Positions 39,196 through 52,659 of a stretch of 64,000 bases of DNA are shown piece by piece. Made by a program: the position numbers and the translations under genes. Each line of letters begins with the position of its first letter. Positions within the stretch are counted from its first letter, which is position 1. The stretch comes from Callorhinchus milii (lineage: Eukaryota): assembly GCF_018977255.1 (NCBI RefSeq), contig NW_024704742.1, forward strand, positions 113,896,001 through 113,960,000, in the 5' to 3' direction. The notes beneath the pieces are model-generated. The model was not told the origin of the DNA, ran no database searches, and saw only the letters and a list, made by a program, of their open reading frames with translations.

Positions 39196-39839
39196 TTTAC
39201 CACCATATGTAACATTCGATTACAGCACATATGACCTTTGATATTTCACTCATTTTGTGACAGGAAAATCGATTCCAGAGCACTGTTAAAAGGAAAGTAG
39301 AAATAACTATCAATTAACCATTGAATACTGGTCCTCAGACAACACCCTTTATTTCATTCACAAATAATTTTGTTTCAACTTCTTTTTGTATTTAATGTAA
39401 ACTTCAAGAAATTAATTACTCAACTCAAGGTATTATTGTTATTTTGTAAGTTTAGAAAATACAATTTAATTTTCATTGGATTTTAGTAGTCAATTTAGCT
39501 GAAATTATCAATTTGACTAGAAATCTTTTAAATGTTACATGCAATCTGTCTCTTCATTTCTGCTACCTTGGTTATTCTGTGTTCAGATTTGTCCAAACTC
39601 ATATATGTGCAACTTGATCTCCAAAAATAGAATCTGGTTTAGTTTGGATTTAATCCAAGTTGAAGGTTTAGGAATGACAGAAGAAAGAGTTAATACATTA
39701 AAGGGCTGGAAAATTGTATTTAAAAAAATACAAGCTACATGAAACACTTTTACAGCAACCAACCCTAAAACTACCCTAGTGGTTAAAAGCATTAATGTAC
39801 CTGGTATAGTGTGAAGTAAACGCAGATCAGAAAGTCACA

Positions 39840-40170
39840 TAGTTAAGTGGATTCAAGACCCACATAGGGACTTCGAATTTATACAGTTTATTCTGACAAT
39901 CCAATGTAGTGCTGGGGGTGTACTTCATTAATGGAAGTGCTATCATTTAGATGAGACATTGAACCAAGGTCCCATCTACCTGTTCAGGCGGACATTGAAG
40001 AACATCATTTGAAAAGTGAATAGACTTTCTCCTGGCCTCCTGGCCAACAATCCCCCAAATAAAAAATTGGTCATTTACTGCATGGCTGTTTGTTGTTTGC
40101 AAATTCGCAGCCATGCTCACCACAGGGTATGCAATCTGTATGTCCTGTGAAGTGTTTTGAGACATCCTCT
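39840..40170 (+). mobile_element. Decayed Deu-SINE
   Basis: gatgagacattgaaccaaggtcccatctacctgttcagg. Confidence 0.7.
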
Positions 40171-40709
40171 TATCTTGATCTTAGCATTAATACTATTGCC
40201 TTATAAATTGAAGATTGTACGGAAATTTAGAAAATTCAGTTAAAATTGGAAACCAGTTTTAAACAATTCTTTAAAAAGCTGGATTCCAAATTAAGGCTAG
40301 AATGAATAATTTTCCAAATCTCTGCATAACTTTAAATTTTAAATCTTAAAGCTAAAACTAGGACCGTTTTCAGACATCTGATTTGTGCTACCTACAAACT
40401 ACAGGATTGTATATACCATTTACATAAGTAAGCAAACGCTGGTTTAAATTAAAGGCACAATTTTGCAGCATTCAGTGAGTTTGTCCTTTGTCGTGCATTT
40501 GTTGGAGCACTATAATGGGTAATGGGTGTATGGCTGTCGGTGATCTGGTTGAGATTCAGTTCTGTTTGCCATCAATATACCATTGGGTTCATGCGTGTAA
40601 GGGAAAAGGTATAAACACTGGATTTAGTCCAATCCCTTCACTAGCAAGTGACTTGGATCCAACGATCCTGTGCCTGATATATATGCAAAATATGGGTGGG
40701 CATGTCATT

Positions 40710-41300
40710 GTTACAACAACAATGCATTTAGACAGCGCCCTTCACACAGGTATCATTTCGGAGAACTTAACAATGGTGCAATTTAATAATACCAAGCTAG
40801 GGAGGCATAGCCAAAAAGGAAAATATTCAGGTGTGATCCCAAGACAGGCAGAGAGGGGGCACGGTGGAGTGAATGAGACAGAGAGTTCCAGAGGTTCAGG
40901 GCATGATGGCTGCTGATGGAGGAGCAGAGCAGTTGAGGGACATGCAGAAGGCCCAAGCCGGCTGAGCGAAGGGGATGGGTAAAAGAGTGGAGTGTGAGCA
41001 ACAACAACAACAACAAGATTCCATTTATAAAGCGCCTTTCACGTCAGGAGGACGTCCCAAGGCGCTGCACAGTTGGGTCATGACCCGAGCAGGGGGGAAA
41101 TGGTCAGGGTGAGGGGAGGGGAGGGAGCGAGGAGGGGGGAAATGGTCAGGGAGAGGGGAGGGATGGGAGGGAGCGAGAAGGGGGAAGAGAGTCGAGAGGG
41201 GAGCTGAAGGCTCGGTCAAAGAGAACAAGTCGGAGAGGTAGGGATGTAGTATAACATGAAGTGAATGTAAGTAAGTATGAGGATCTTGAAATCGATCTGT
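40710..41300 (-). mobile_element. Two tandem L2 3' ends (older ~40710-40995; young 40999-41300)
   Basis: Two (CAA)n tails, each with a hairpin; the young copy has a G-rich UTR. Confidence 0.85.
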
Positions 41301-42179
41301 TAAGAGAGGGCTTAGATCTCCTGGAATTTCCTTTTCTTAAAGTATAGTCTGCATATCATACTATAGTATAGTCTGGAATACTTCCCACAAGTGTTGCAGG
41401 CACATTTTTTTGGTCAGCCATGTGTCTGACACATATGGAAAATCATAATCATGCTTAAGAGCAACCAACCCAGACTGAGACATATAAAGCTCCCACCAAT
41501 ACATTGGAAATTTTTCATTTTCCAAAATGGAGGGATGCAACTTGCTTACCAAATTCTGCAAAATATTATGCACAAGTTGATGAGAGACAAGACTTAGCAT
41601 TGTGAAGGAGCTGCTTTAGGAAGTGGGTTAAGCTACAATACACTCAAGGTTGTGAGTTTGAATCCTATCCACTGGCACAAGATGTAGTGGGTCATGGAAA
41701 ACTGAACCTAATTCTAAGGCTTGTCACCCTACAATAATTGTAACTATGGAGAGACTCAAAAATCCTCTGCCTTCAGAGTAAGAAACATTTCTAGGGAGTT
41801 CTGCTCCGTCATCCAGCAAAATTCAGATAGTTCAAACCTGACATCTGAAAACAAATACCTGTACACATCTTTTGGGCTCTGAGGAGGAAACCACTCCTTC
41901 ACTACTAAGTATTTAAGTGCTTCGGGATGCAATCCACGTGAAGGGTGCTATATAAATGCAAGTTGTGGTTGTTGTATAAAACGTTAAACCGAGGTCTTGT
42001 CCGCCTACTCTCTACTGTGGACTTTAGAAATCCTATGACCTTATTTGAAAAGAGAGGGGAGTTTAATAAATTGATTGTTTAATTGATTATTTGCAAAGTG
42101 GCTGCTGCGTATATCTACAAAAACAGTTACTACACTTGATAGTAATTACTGTGAAACACTTTGACATAATTCAATATTC

Positions 42180-42557
42180 TGGCGGCACAAGGACCTCAGG
42201 GAGGAAGCCTTGAGGGGTGGAGCTTGTGCCTTCTTAAGGAGGTGACGAGACCACTAGCTCTCCGAGCTGAGAAAGGTGGAGCCCCTGGCCTGGCCGAGCC
42301 AGGGAGCATGAGACCCAGGCCGCATAGTTGGCTCTGGGTAAGTTTGTGGTTAGAGTAGGGGTGAATTGCCAGTAGTAAGAGGGGTGGCAGGCAGGGTGGC
42401 AGGTGGGATGCCAGGAGTGAGCCTGGGTGCCTGCAGCTCTCCGCAGTTGTCGTGCTGTTGTTTCTGTTCTGGGTTTTCCCTATCTGAGATTAAACCTGTT
42501 ATAATGAGAGTCTACGTGAATCCGTATCTGCCTGGCTTGGGAGGGGCTCATGCTACG
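42180..42557 (+). mobile_element. Candidate solo LTR
   Basis: A ~380-bp GC-rich island in AT-rich DNA. It starts TG and ends TGCTAC(G), with a TATA-like CTTAAG near 42234 and ATTAAA near 42489. No clear target-site duplication. Confidence 0.45.
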
Positions 42558-43929
42558 ATAAGATAAAATACTAAAAAAAAGTTGTTTCTCTCTACATGCT
42601 TGTATCCCATTAAGAAATTGGAAGCCATGAATGTGTCCATCCTCCCAAGACCACCATGGAATCTGGTGCATAATTACGTTGCTTCCTCCCCATCAGTCCC
42701 TCACCAGCACTGGCAAACTGGCTGCCCCAAATGCATTCTCATGAAGGCATATACGTTTCTATATACCAAGGACATTGGCTCACCTCATACACACATGTAC
42801 GTTTCCATATACCAAGGACAATGTTTCATTTCCCAGAATAGATGGAAGGAGATAAGCAGCTGAAACTATTAAAAAAATTCAATCAAAAATGTTATTCCCT
42901 TGCAGCTCCCAATCCCACAAGCCTAATGAGACAGATGGAATCAAATTAATGTCCTTTTGCCAAGATATGTTGGCCATAAAACAACTTCCACTACTTTTCC
43001 TTGTCTGGTTCATTGAAAGGTGCTGACTCATTATCTGCTGAGATGTGATTGTATACTTTACTAGTCAGATTTTCCAGATGGGCCTCCCAACTACTGTGCT
43101 CCATTCCATTTTGGCAATGCTCTGCCTGAAACACAGCAATTGGGAGACATTAACAGAAAATTTGAGAATTGTGAATTCTCCTGGGAGATTGGTAAGGTAT
43201 ATGATTAACATAACTCATAGCAGCTCAGGTGAGTGATATTAATTGTGGTGGATAATTCATACTAAAATATATTGTACAGCTTGGACTATGAGGTGGAGGT
43301 AAGGGGCTTTTGAGGGGGCAGAAAGTGAGGGCTGAATGCAGGCAATGTGTAAATGGATGTGTTTTGCTCAACTGTGGGACTTTTACTTGGGGTTTTAAAT
43401 CGGTAAGATAACATCCATGGAAGGGGAGATTGCACATGGTCTGTGAAGCTGTGGGCTTGAGCCGAATAGACCATTCTTGCTTCATTTTTTCTTATGTTCT
43501 CTTATGTACAGTGGAGCATGATCAATCCTGCAATTGATGGAGTGGTGTCTTATGTGTGATATTTGAGAAAAGTTGTGGGAAATGCTAATCTGAGCCTGAT
43601 GCAGTCAGTCCTAGAGATCACATTGGGGTCAACATGCGAAACAAAGGCTTGATGAACAAACCACCATTACTTCCCCACTGTTGTCTATTTCTCTCTTTAA
43701 GCTTTTTTTTAACTTTAGCAGCTTCCAAAGTCAGGTTTGTTTCTTCCTCACCAGGTTGTCTCTGTGTCAAGAAGGAAACATTGCACAGCAGAGTAGGAGG
43801 GCATGGTGTCATATATTCAGGAGTGGTAACGTGCAGTGTTGTTGTGTAAATATTTACACAATGATGTCAGATCCAATAATGTATCACCCGTGAAAAAATA
43901 ATGGTAGTAGAATCAGGAACAAAAGCTTA

Positions 43930-44359
43930 GAGGCAAATTTCTTGATATATGCCATTTACATGGTGAAATCAGGTGTTGCAGTACCATTCTGTGCACGTGT
44001 GTGTATCACAAGCACACACAAATTGCAGAATTGCAAAGGCAAACTCCGTAAGGGTGAAAGGAGCATGTGGGAATGACTCTTTAATGACATTAACAAGAAG
44101 TCCCTTAAATATTCTTGGGTGGTCCATTGACCCATAGGACCACCCAAGAACTTGGTAACAACCATTTCTGAGTGGTTCCCAAATCGATTCTCACCCGTTT
44201 ATACTGCAGTGGTGAAATTCAGAATGCCTTCTTGAGCTCATCTCAGTGGCTAGGCGCGAAAGCAATTCACTACTTAACCCTGATCTATATGGTGCTTTTC
44301 CCAGAGAGTGGCACCAACAACACCTTAGCTGATAAGCTGAGCACTCATAAAATTGTCTC
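43930..44359. mobile_element. Candidate MITE-like DNA transposon remnant
   Basis: Imperfect TIRs GAGGCAAATTTCTTGA / TCATAAAATTGTCTC, with TA on both flanks. Confidence 0.35.
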
Positions 44360-46071
44360 TAGATCCCATATAACTAAAGAGTGAAGTGAGTGCTCTTTTA
44401 ATCTGAGCCAGCAATGAAATAAAAGGTGCTGCTTAAATCAAAAGCCTTATTTTCCTTCGTTACCATTTTCACTGTTTAGCTGTGTTCATGCCTTATGACC
44501 TTGAGTCAATCCAAATGTTCTGCAATTAAAGCCCTGCTTAAGGTCAGTAACAGGGCATTAGAAACTGCTCCATAAGAGGTTACTGTGCTGTACACATACT
44601 TACATTCAAGCGCACTGTCAGTCTCTGATAAAACCACCAATTCACAATACAACCAAGACAGCATTAGGAGGGACAGCTGCTTACAAGGTCAGTCTGAACT
44701 TATGTAAATGAGCTCAGTGCTTAACCCTCCAAGAGTGGCAGTCATGTAATTGTACTGTGTCCAGCTTGCACTTGTGATTAAACATTTCCTGTTGAAATTT
44801 CCAGGGTACAAAGCTATCAAAAATATCTATTATCAGCAGCGACGTTATTTTCCAAACTCATCGATCATAAGTATCTTCATGTCTACAAGTTACTGAAGAC
44901 CTATTGGGAATCAGCAGGACTCCAAACCTGTTTTTATTCAGTGGAAGTGGATATTTACTGACAAGCATGGCTAAACCTTGCAGATTTCTTATGAGATTCC
45001 TTAATAAAGACTCTGAGTTGCAAATAGAAGGGGTAAAATTCCACCTGGGTCTAGATTTACTCAAATAATGTAACATTTCAGAGTGTCCAGAATTTGGCAA
45101 ATTATGAAATATAATCTTAATTTTGAAACTGATTTTCTGCTTGTTCTTTTAAGTGTCCCAGCAAACCGACCTCGAAATTAAGACTTAATTCAATAAGCAA
45201 AATTCTTGACCGTCTAAAATGAAACTTTCTTCCAACCAGGACCTCCAAGGTTAAACTCCAGCGGCTCTGGGAGTAGGCGATTCTTGTTTGACAAAATAAA
45301 GAGTCTGGATTTCAGTGCCAACAGCTGTCACAGTAATGAAACCTTCGTCTTCCACCAAGAAATACAAGCTGGAGCTTTGCAGCGTTGATGTTAGCAGAGT
45401 GTTGTTTTATGAGTCCAAGTCTCAAAAATTGACTGTCGTTTGGATTTAGTTATCTTCACCAGGTCAATTTAGACAGTTCTTGTCCTTGTTGGCTGTGCAC
45501 TGGACGATAGCAAAGTTCCAGGGCAAGGACAAGGAGAAGCCAATGAGACCATTTGATTCCTGAAAGAAATGCAATTTACTCTTACCAACTGAACAAAGAG
45601 AAGCTTTTAGGGAGTTCAAACGTCTTTGGTGGCTCAGATTGTTCTGCTTATGGAAATGAGTGAAGAAATGTAACAGGGAATGTAATTAGGGGTGGGAGGC
45701 AGCAGAATATATTTGAAACAAAATGAGACACAGTTTATGAGACACTACAGTATTCATATAAAGTACATCATTGGGAAAATTGCAGGGAGTTGATTGGTGC
45801 TATTGAGGTACATTTTACTGCCAACCTATATTTTTTCACTTTATTGATAAAAACTAAATATGAGGAAATAACACATATTAGATTGTTGCAAACATTTTTT
45901 ATTAATTTCTTCTTTAACAAAAACTGGGTGGCCCATTTGGGGGAGGGGGTACGGACACAGGCACAGGCCCAAAGAGCCTGGAGATCTGCCATAAAACAGA
46001 CACTCAGGACCAGTTCCTAACTGCAGGGCTATAGGAGTTCACCACCTCCTGCCTCTCAGGGCCAGGCACCG

Positions 46072-46257
46072 CACACAGAGACAGAGACCCAGAGAGAGAC
46101 ACACACACATACTCAGACACAGAGAGAGACACACACAAGCACACTCGCACAGACACTCACAAACACATACAGAGAAGAGTCACACTCACAGAGACATGCA
46201 CAAACACATGGAGAGACAGACAGACATACACACACATACACACACAGACAATCACAA
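46072..46257. repeat. Compound (CA)/(GA) low-complexity repeat
   Basis: Interspersed cacaca/gagaga runs; explains the CV-rich and TH-rich ORFs. Confidence 0.9.
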
Positions 46258-46800
46258 CAGTGAGGCCTCCGAGTGGCATGAAGCCCATTTCCTGCTTGTG
46301 CCGCACCGCACAAGTGCGTCCGGAGCTCCTCTGCCCACAGTAGAGAGTGCAAGAGGCCCGGGGCCAGAAACTTCACTTGTTTAGCGGGTTTACAGCGGAG
46401 GGCACTGTTAATAGCGGATTCTTTGGAAAAATTAGAACCATAGCTTTCTAATGTCCCAACTCATGAATAAACATTTAGACATGTATAATATAACTCAGCA
46501 AATGTTTATTTTTTATTAATGGCTCCAACAACAAACAAGAGGAAAATTCCTCTGATGTTTTCAGACTGAGTAGAGGAGCACACTGAATAGAAACTATTCT
46601 TTTCTGGACCTCCCTTCCCTTTAAAAACCCAATAACAATTCTGCAGTGACTTTCTTTGTATTGTGGTACATATGTGATCTGAAGACTCCCAGCACCACTA
46701 CTCCAGAAATCTGCTTAATTGTATTAAAAGTATTTCTAGACTTAACATGAACAAGAAGACATAAGTTTAGGGTTGGAAAGTGCAATTTCAGGAGAGATAA

Positions 46801-47178
46801 AATAATATAATAATCATCCTTGCATTTGATATAGCACCTTAACATGTCTTCAAGACCTCTCAAAGCACTTCACAGAATACGCTGTGAAGTGAATTGACTG
46901 CATATTTTGTGAGTAAAGCGAAGCAACCAATTACGCACAGCAGTGTCCTACAAACAGTCATGAATTGAAGTGACCAATTTATTATTATTATTATTGAAGG
47001 AATTATTACTCCCAGAAAAACGATCGACCAATCGACTATCAACCGGGTTCCTACTTACTGCTAGATAAACAGAGGAGTGTGGAGTAAGGGAACTTGCCCA
47101 ACATTTCGCCTACCGGGAATCGAACCCAGATCTCTCGCTTGCGAGGGGAATGCTCCAACCACTGAGCAATAGGACTCC
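46801..47178 (-). mobile_element. Composite SINE, long variant, full length
   Basis: Same structure as the 20885 copy. Confidence 0.93.
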
Positions 47179-49547
47179 ACTGAGATACCAGGACGTATTT
47201 CTTTAACCTGACAGTATTTAAGACTGGAACAGCTTATCCGAAAAGGTGGTTAAGGACATCACGCTGGATTTATTTAGAAAAACAGATTGAAGCTGCAATG
47301 GAAGGACAGTAGGGTGGGTATTCTGGAAGGATGAGATTAAATGGATCAAAGAGGCTTTCTTCATCAGAACCGATCTTGTGATCTTGTGAAAAGGTGCTAT
47401 AAAATTTCAATTCTTATTTCAGGATCTCTTTCTCAATTTCAAATTGCTTCTTCTCCTTTCTAGATTTGTTTTACAGTATTGATAGTTGGTACTTTTTATC
47501 TTGGTCCTTTTTTATTTTAAAATGTAGGATTATGTCTCTCTTTGTTTTGGTTTTGTTTGTCTGGGATCAGTTGTACTGCATTTAATCCGCCTTTAGATTC
47601 TACATGTAACTTTATCCTCATTTGTCATCAATGCAAATCAATTGTAAGAAACAACCTAATGTGTAAAATGCAATTATGTCTTCTGCCATACCTGAGGCGA
47701 TGTCATGCTACTGTAGCAAGTTTTAGGAACAGCAGGGGCCCATTGACTCCATTGAGCTTATTTTCGTTTATTATGTTTACATGGACTGAGTGCAAAAGTT
47801 ATGTTTGTGCTCTGTCCATGCAACTCCTTTAGCTCTTTAAAGGTTAAACAGAATGTCTTTTTACCAAAGGACCCCTCATTATTATATCTGACAAGGCACA
47901 GTAAAAAATCCAAGGCTTTTTATTATGTCTTCATGTCTCAGGCCAATGGCAAGTTGCACAATCTGCATTGTCTACCAATTTGTGTCACTGGAGACTTTAG
48001 AGTTGTTGCAGCATTCAGAAAGTTCAGTCTAAAATCACAAATTGAAAACAGAGAGAAAATAACGTCCTTCTTAAATTCTGAATAGATCTCAAAGCTCTGT
48101 GTATGCTGATACTGCTGCTAGGCTGGATTGCTGTAACTCTTTTTGTTTAAGAACTCTTTTGGTTTAAGACTGTGATTTATAAAAGGCTTGTATAATACAT
48201 TTCAGGTTGGAACAAAACATTAGTAGATACTTTTTAGAATTTTTTTATTTAACCCCATCAATTCAAAGCAACCTGTATGCCTAACTTTCTAAGTTTTTCT
48301 TTTTCTCTGTTGCATTGTATGCTTTGGTGATTATTCTTTGAAGGGAGAGATTAGAGTCTTTATGTTGTCTTAATAGTTGTCTAAACAATGTGTAACTTCT
48401 GGGAAAAAGTACAGCGTCCACGTTTTACATGCAGTGTCAGCAACAAACAATCTCTAGTTCAAAGACAACATGGAACTGATACAGAGCAAACCTCTGTCAG
48501 CCCCCACTACTGTGCCCTAACCCCAACCTCAGAGCACTCTCTACTGTATCTGGCTTGACACTAGCTAATCTGATTTTACTTGGGGTTAAAGAGCAGAATG
48601 TATCCCAGCTATTAGGCTTGAACTCAAATTCAGATCTCAGAAACAAAAGGTAATGTTTTACCAACCTGGACCACTTAATGCCCTTTCCTTCTATTTAAAT
48701 TCCTTACTACTATTTTAAAATGATTTATTAATTTCTTATGATCACCATTCGGACCCTTGAGCCTGCCCTGCCATTTAATAAGATCATGGCTGATCTTCTA
48801 ACCTAACTCCATCTGCCTGCCTTATCCCCATATCCCTTAATCCCTCTAGCCAGAATGTAGCCAGAATTCAAATCTATATAATCCAAGTAGGAGTGTTATG
48901 AGTTTTACAGGACTTGATGCAGTCCTGTCCGATGACTTAATTAATGCTAATTTTATGAAAAAAGATCCATTTGAACATTATTTGCATCATCACAGTAACC
49001 AATGCTATCTGGTTTCCTCATTATTCATTAATACCCCTTTGTTATTTCTTGGCACCAACATTCCACATACACTGTTGGTAAGATCAGCATCAATGACCCG
49101 TAGCCACTGTGGAGATCAGAGACAAATATACGGATATTAATGGAATGTGGTTTGTGGGATTCTTAAAGTGGATTAGACATGTTAATTGCTGCCTACCGGT
49201 CTTTTTGTCAGACTGTTCCAGCTTTTGGAATTCACTGGTTTTCTGTATCTTGGCAAACAAACAACTTCCTAGATTCATAAACTGGAAGCCACAATTAACA
49301 TAATAAATCCAGTTTATGTTCAGGCAAATTGGCCTCCTTTGTGACTGTATTCTACCAATTAATATCAGTGGTGTTGTTTGAAATCAATGTTCACAAGTTC
49401 CTGGGACACTGGGCTCATTTAAAAATCAGATTTCTGTGGTGATGGGCGGACAGTAGGTGGGTATTCTGGAGGGAAGTGATCAGATGGGGTGAAGGGTCTT
49501 CTTCACCTGAATTAATGTTGTGATCATGTAGGGTAGTGACATCTACA

Positions 49548-49857
49548 GGAGTCCTGTAGCTCAGTGGTTAGAGCACTCACCTCTCAAGCGAGAAACCTGG
49601 GTTCAATTCCTGGCAGGGTGAAACCTTGGGAAAGTTTCCTAACTCCACACGCCTGATAATAATCCTTCAAAAAAAAACAAACCTTCAAAAAAAACCACGG
49701 CTGTTTGTGGGACACTGCTGTGTGCAATTGGCTGCCGCATTTCGCCCACAAATATGTAGTCAATTCACTTTACAATCTATTCAGTGAAGAGCTTTGAGAT
49801 ATCTAGAAGACATGAAAAAGCACTGTGTCAAATGCATGGATTATAATTATTATTATT
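49548..49857 (+). mobile_element. Composite SINE, short variant (TAGAA loop)
   Basis: GGAGTCCTGTAGC head; deletion junction GCCT|GATAATAATCC. Confidence 0.93.
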
Positions 49858-50499
49858 TTCTATTGACCTAGCAACAGAAATGTACCAGGTCTATTTTCCC
49901 CATGAACCATATAAATATCTTGTGTGGAAAGCAATCACAGAAATACTCCATGGTCCATAGAATAGGACAATCATTGTCTATACCTATTCATTTCTTCATG
50001 TTATGACTCTGGCTTTGATTTAGTACAGTTTCATGCAAGCAAGAATCATGCTGGTAAAGCAAGTTTAGTTCTGGGTGGTGGAGACGTTTTTGAACGTCCA
50101 GAGGTTGGACTTTGTGATCACCTATGACTTGTGGCTAAACCAAAAGATCCCAATGTATCCGTAAAGAGAAGAAAACAATAACATCAGCAAACAATCACTC
50201 CTTATTCATAATCCTCACATCCTCATACAGAGACACAGACATTCATTGTTCAAAAATAAATGTTTCCAACAAACTTGTCTGCACTAAATCTTCGTATTTG
50301 GACAAAATGTCATATTTACCATAACTGGTCTAACAACCATTGAATGTGTCGCTTTTCAATACTGTCAATTGACAGACTGAAGTGCAGTCTGCTGACATGT
50401 GAGACTGTCGCTTCACATGACTGGATGTAAAGTGCGTTGGTGTGCAGGTCTAGCAAATAGATGTGACATATTTCCAGTTACAGTCAAGAGTCAATATTT

Positions 50500-50770
50500 G
50501 TGAACCCCGAGAGTACAGTTCTGAATTAATTTAGGATGCACAATAGAACAAGAGGAAATAGGTTTAGATTTGAGAAGGGCAATTTCAAGACAGATATCAG
50601 AAAGTTTTTCTTTACTTGGAGAGTAATTAAATACTGGAACAGGTCGCCAGGAAAGGTGGTTCAGACTAGAACAAAGGATTCATTCAGAAAGCAATTAATG
50701 CTGTGTTGGGATGACAGTGGGGTGCATATTCTCGAGGGATGAGACCAGATGGGAAGACAGGCTATTCAGC
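50500..50770 (+). mobile_element. Old CR1 3' end
   Basis: RTRGNRFRF...RKFFFTWRVIKYWNRSP. Confidence 0.85.
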
Positions 50771-51154
50771 CTTTGACAATGCTAACAATTTTTTTTCTTG
50801 AATGTTTTATAGTTTCCAGCAATACAACATATCTGTAAAAAATATCATTTTTTTATTATATAGGGTGACCAAAACATCACGATATCTACCTTATTATTTA
50901 AAAAAAATCATAATTTCTTTAAGACTTATTAGATATTGTAATGGTATCACGACATTTTGGGCACTCTGTATTTCTCTAAAAAATGGAGTTCGGAAAGAGC
51001 AATGAATTTCTTGAGATTGATGGTCCCTTGAGTTGATATTCTCACAGTGCTTTATTGCTGATTCTAACAAAAGAAATCCCAACGTAGGGTTCTGGACTGA
51101 AGCAAGTTCCTCCCGATGTTTGGCCAACAATCCTCCAAATACATTGTTCATTCT

Positions 51155-51560
51155 TGGCTCAATTGGTAGTGCTCTCGCCTTTGGGTCTGAACGTTTTGGT
51201 TTCAAGCCACGCTTCAGAAATTTTGAGCCAACAGGTTAACACTCCAGAGAAATGTTAGGAAAGCACCAAGGTCCCATTTGTCTGCTCAGGTGAAGACTAA
51301 ATACACTATTCAAAAAGAAAAAGGTTTCACCTCTAGCTGTTTGTGAGACACTTCTGTGTGCAAAACAGCTGCTTCATTTGCCTAAAAAACACAATCACTT
51401 ATCAGTAAGTCCACACCTCCAACAATGCAGCGCACTCCTAGCACTGCATTGGAGTGTCGGGCTAGTCTGTGAGTTCAAAGCCCCAACATGGGGCCTGAAC
51501 CCAGTTTGTTGCCATTCAGAAAAATGAGCAACTAGTGAGGATGCACTTGCAATCATTGAG
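51155..51560. mobile_element. Two Deu-SINE fragments tail-to-tail
   Basis: ggctcaattggtagtgctctcgcc head on +; a head on - at ~51410-51560. Confidence 0.65.
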
Positions 51561-51572
51561 CTAAACCAATTG

Positions 51573-52035
51573 CAATAACAACAACAACCTGCACTTAAAT
51601 AGCGTCCTCCACGCAGGATAGCGTCTCAGAGCGCTTCATAATGTCGAAGCCTGACTCCGAGCCAGTGGGGGCGTGAGAGGTGGCCATAAGCACAAACAGG
51701 AAGGTTTTCAGGCGGGACTTGAAAAGGGGGCAAGAGGGGGCAAGGTGGAGGGATTGAGGGAGAATGTTCCAGAGTTTCAGGACGTAGTAGCTGAAAGGAC
51801 GACCTCCAATGGTGGGGCAGAGGGTGTGAAGGACGAGCAGGAGGTTGGTGCCAGTCGAGCAGAGGTGCCGGCAGTGGATTGGGGAGTGAGGAGGTCGGAG
51901 AGGTAGGGAGGTACCAGAAAGTGAAGGGATTTGAACACGAGTGTGAGGATCTTGAAGTCAATCTGTTCGGTGATGGGGAGCCATTACAGTCTGGCCAGAA
52001 CTGGTGAGGTGTGGCTACTGAATTTGGTCTGGGTA
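51573..52035 (-). mobile_element. L2 3' end (second L2 family, GAGACGCTATCCTGCGTGGAGG hairpin)
   Basis: (CAA)n tail, hairpin, and coding text similar to the 57147 copy. Confidence 0.92.
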
Positions 52036-52659
52036 AGATAAGATATAACATGTTCAATATGATAGAACATGTTTCTGAAATCATACTGTGGAGTGTTGAA
52101 ATTATATTTACTCTGTACAGTGATCTGGTAGGCCAATAAGGGTGGTTGAGGTCGATACTTAACTGATTTTAAAAACAGCTCAGTATTATAATGGGAAGAT
52201 GATGGTGTTGACATTTTGGAATGATGAGGCGTTTTAATCCAAACTTCTCTTAGGACATTGCTAATTTTATCTGGGGGATTTCTAACCAGGAAACCAGGAG
52301 AAATATCTCTTCTCTTCCTGAATAATGCCATGGAATCTTTGAATAGGCAGACAGTATCTTAGTTTACCATCTCATCTGAACGATGGCACCACTGACAATA
52401 AAGCTTCCCTCCCCAACACAGGAACGACGTTGGGTGTTTTAAATTGTGTGGCAGGTATAATCAAGTTGGGAAGTTTCAACCAGATTCCAACTGAAGTCCA
52501 CAAGGTCATAGTAAGAAATGTGCCTGGAGTCCTGGTATATTGTCCAGGGTAAGGTTTTGTTCTGTATCTGGCATTCTGTAACTGATTTAGGAATGCTTGG
52601 TGCTGACTGCATTGGCCAAAAGGTGAAATGTTACAAACATTTGGTTTCCTTATCTCCCT

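Noticed and set aside
46113..46384. Cys/Val-rich and Thr/His-rich ORFs
   Set aside because: Translations of a (CA)/(GA) low-complexity tract.
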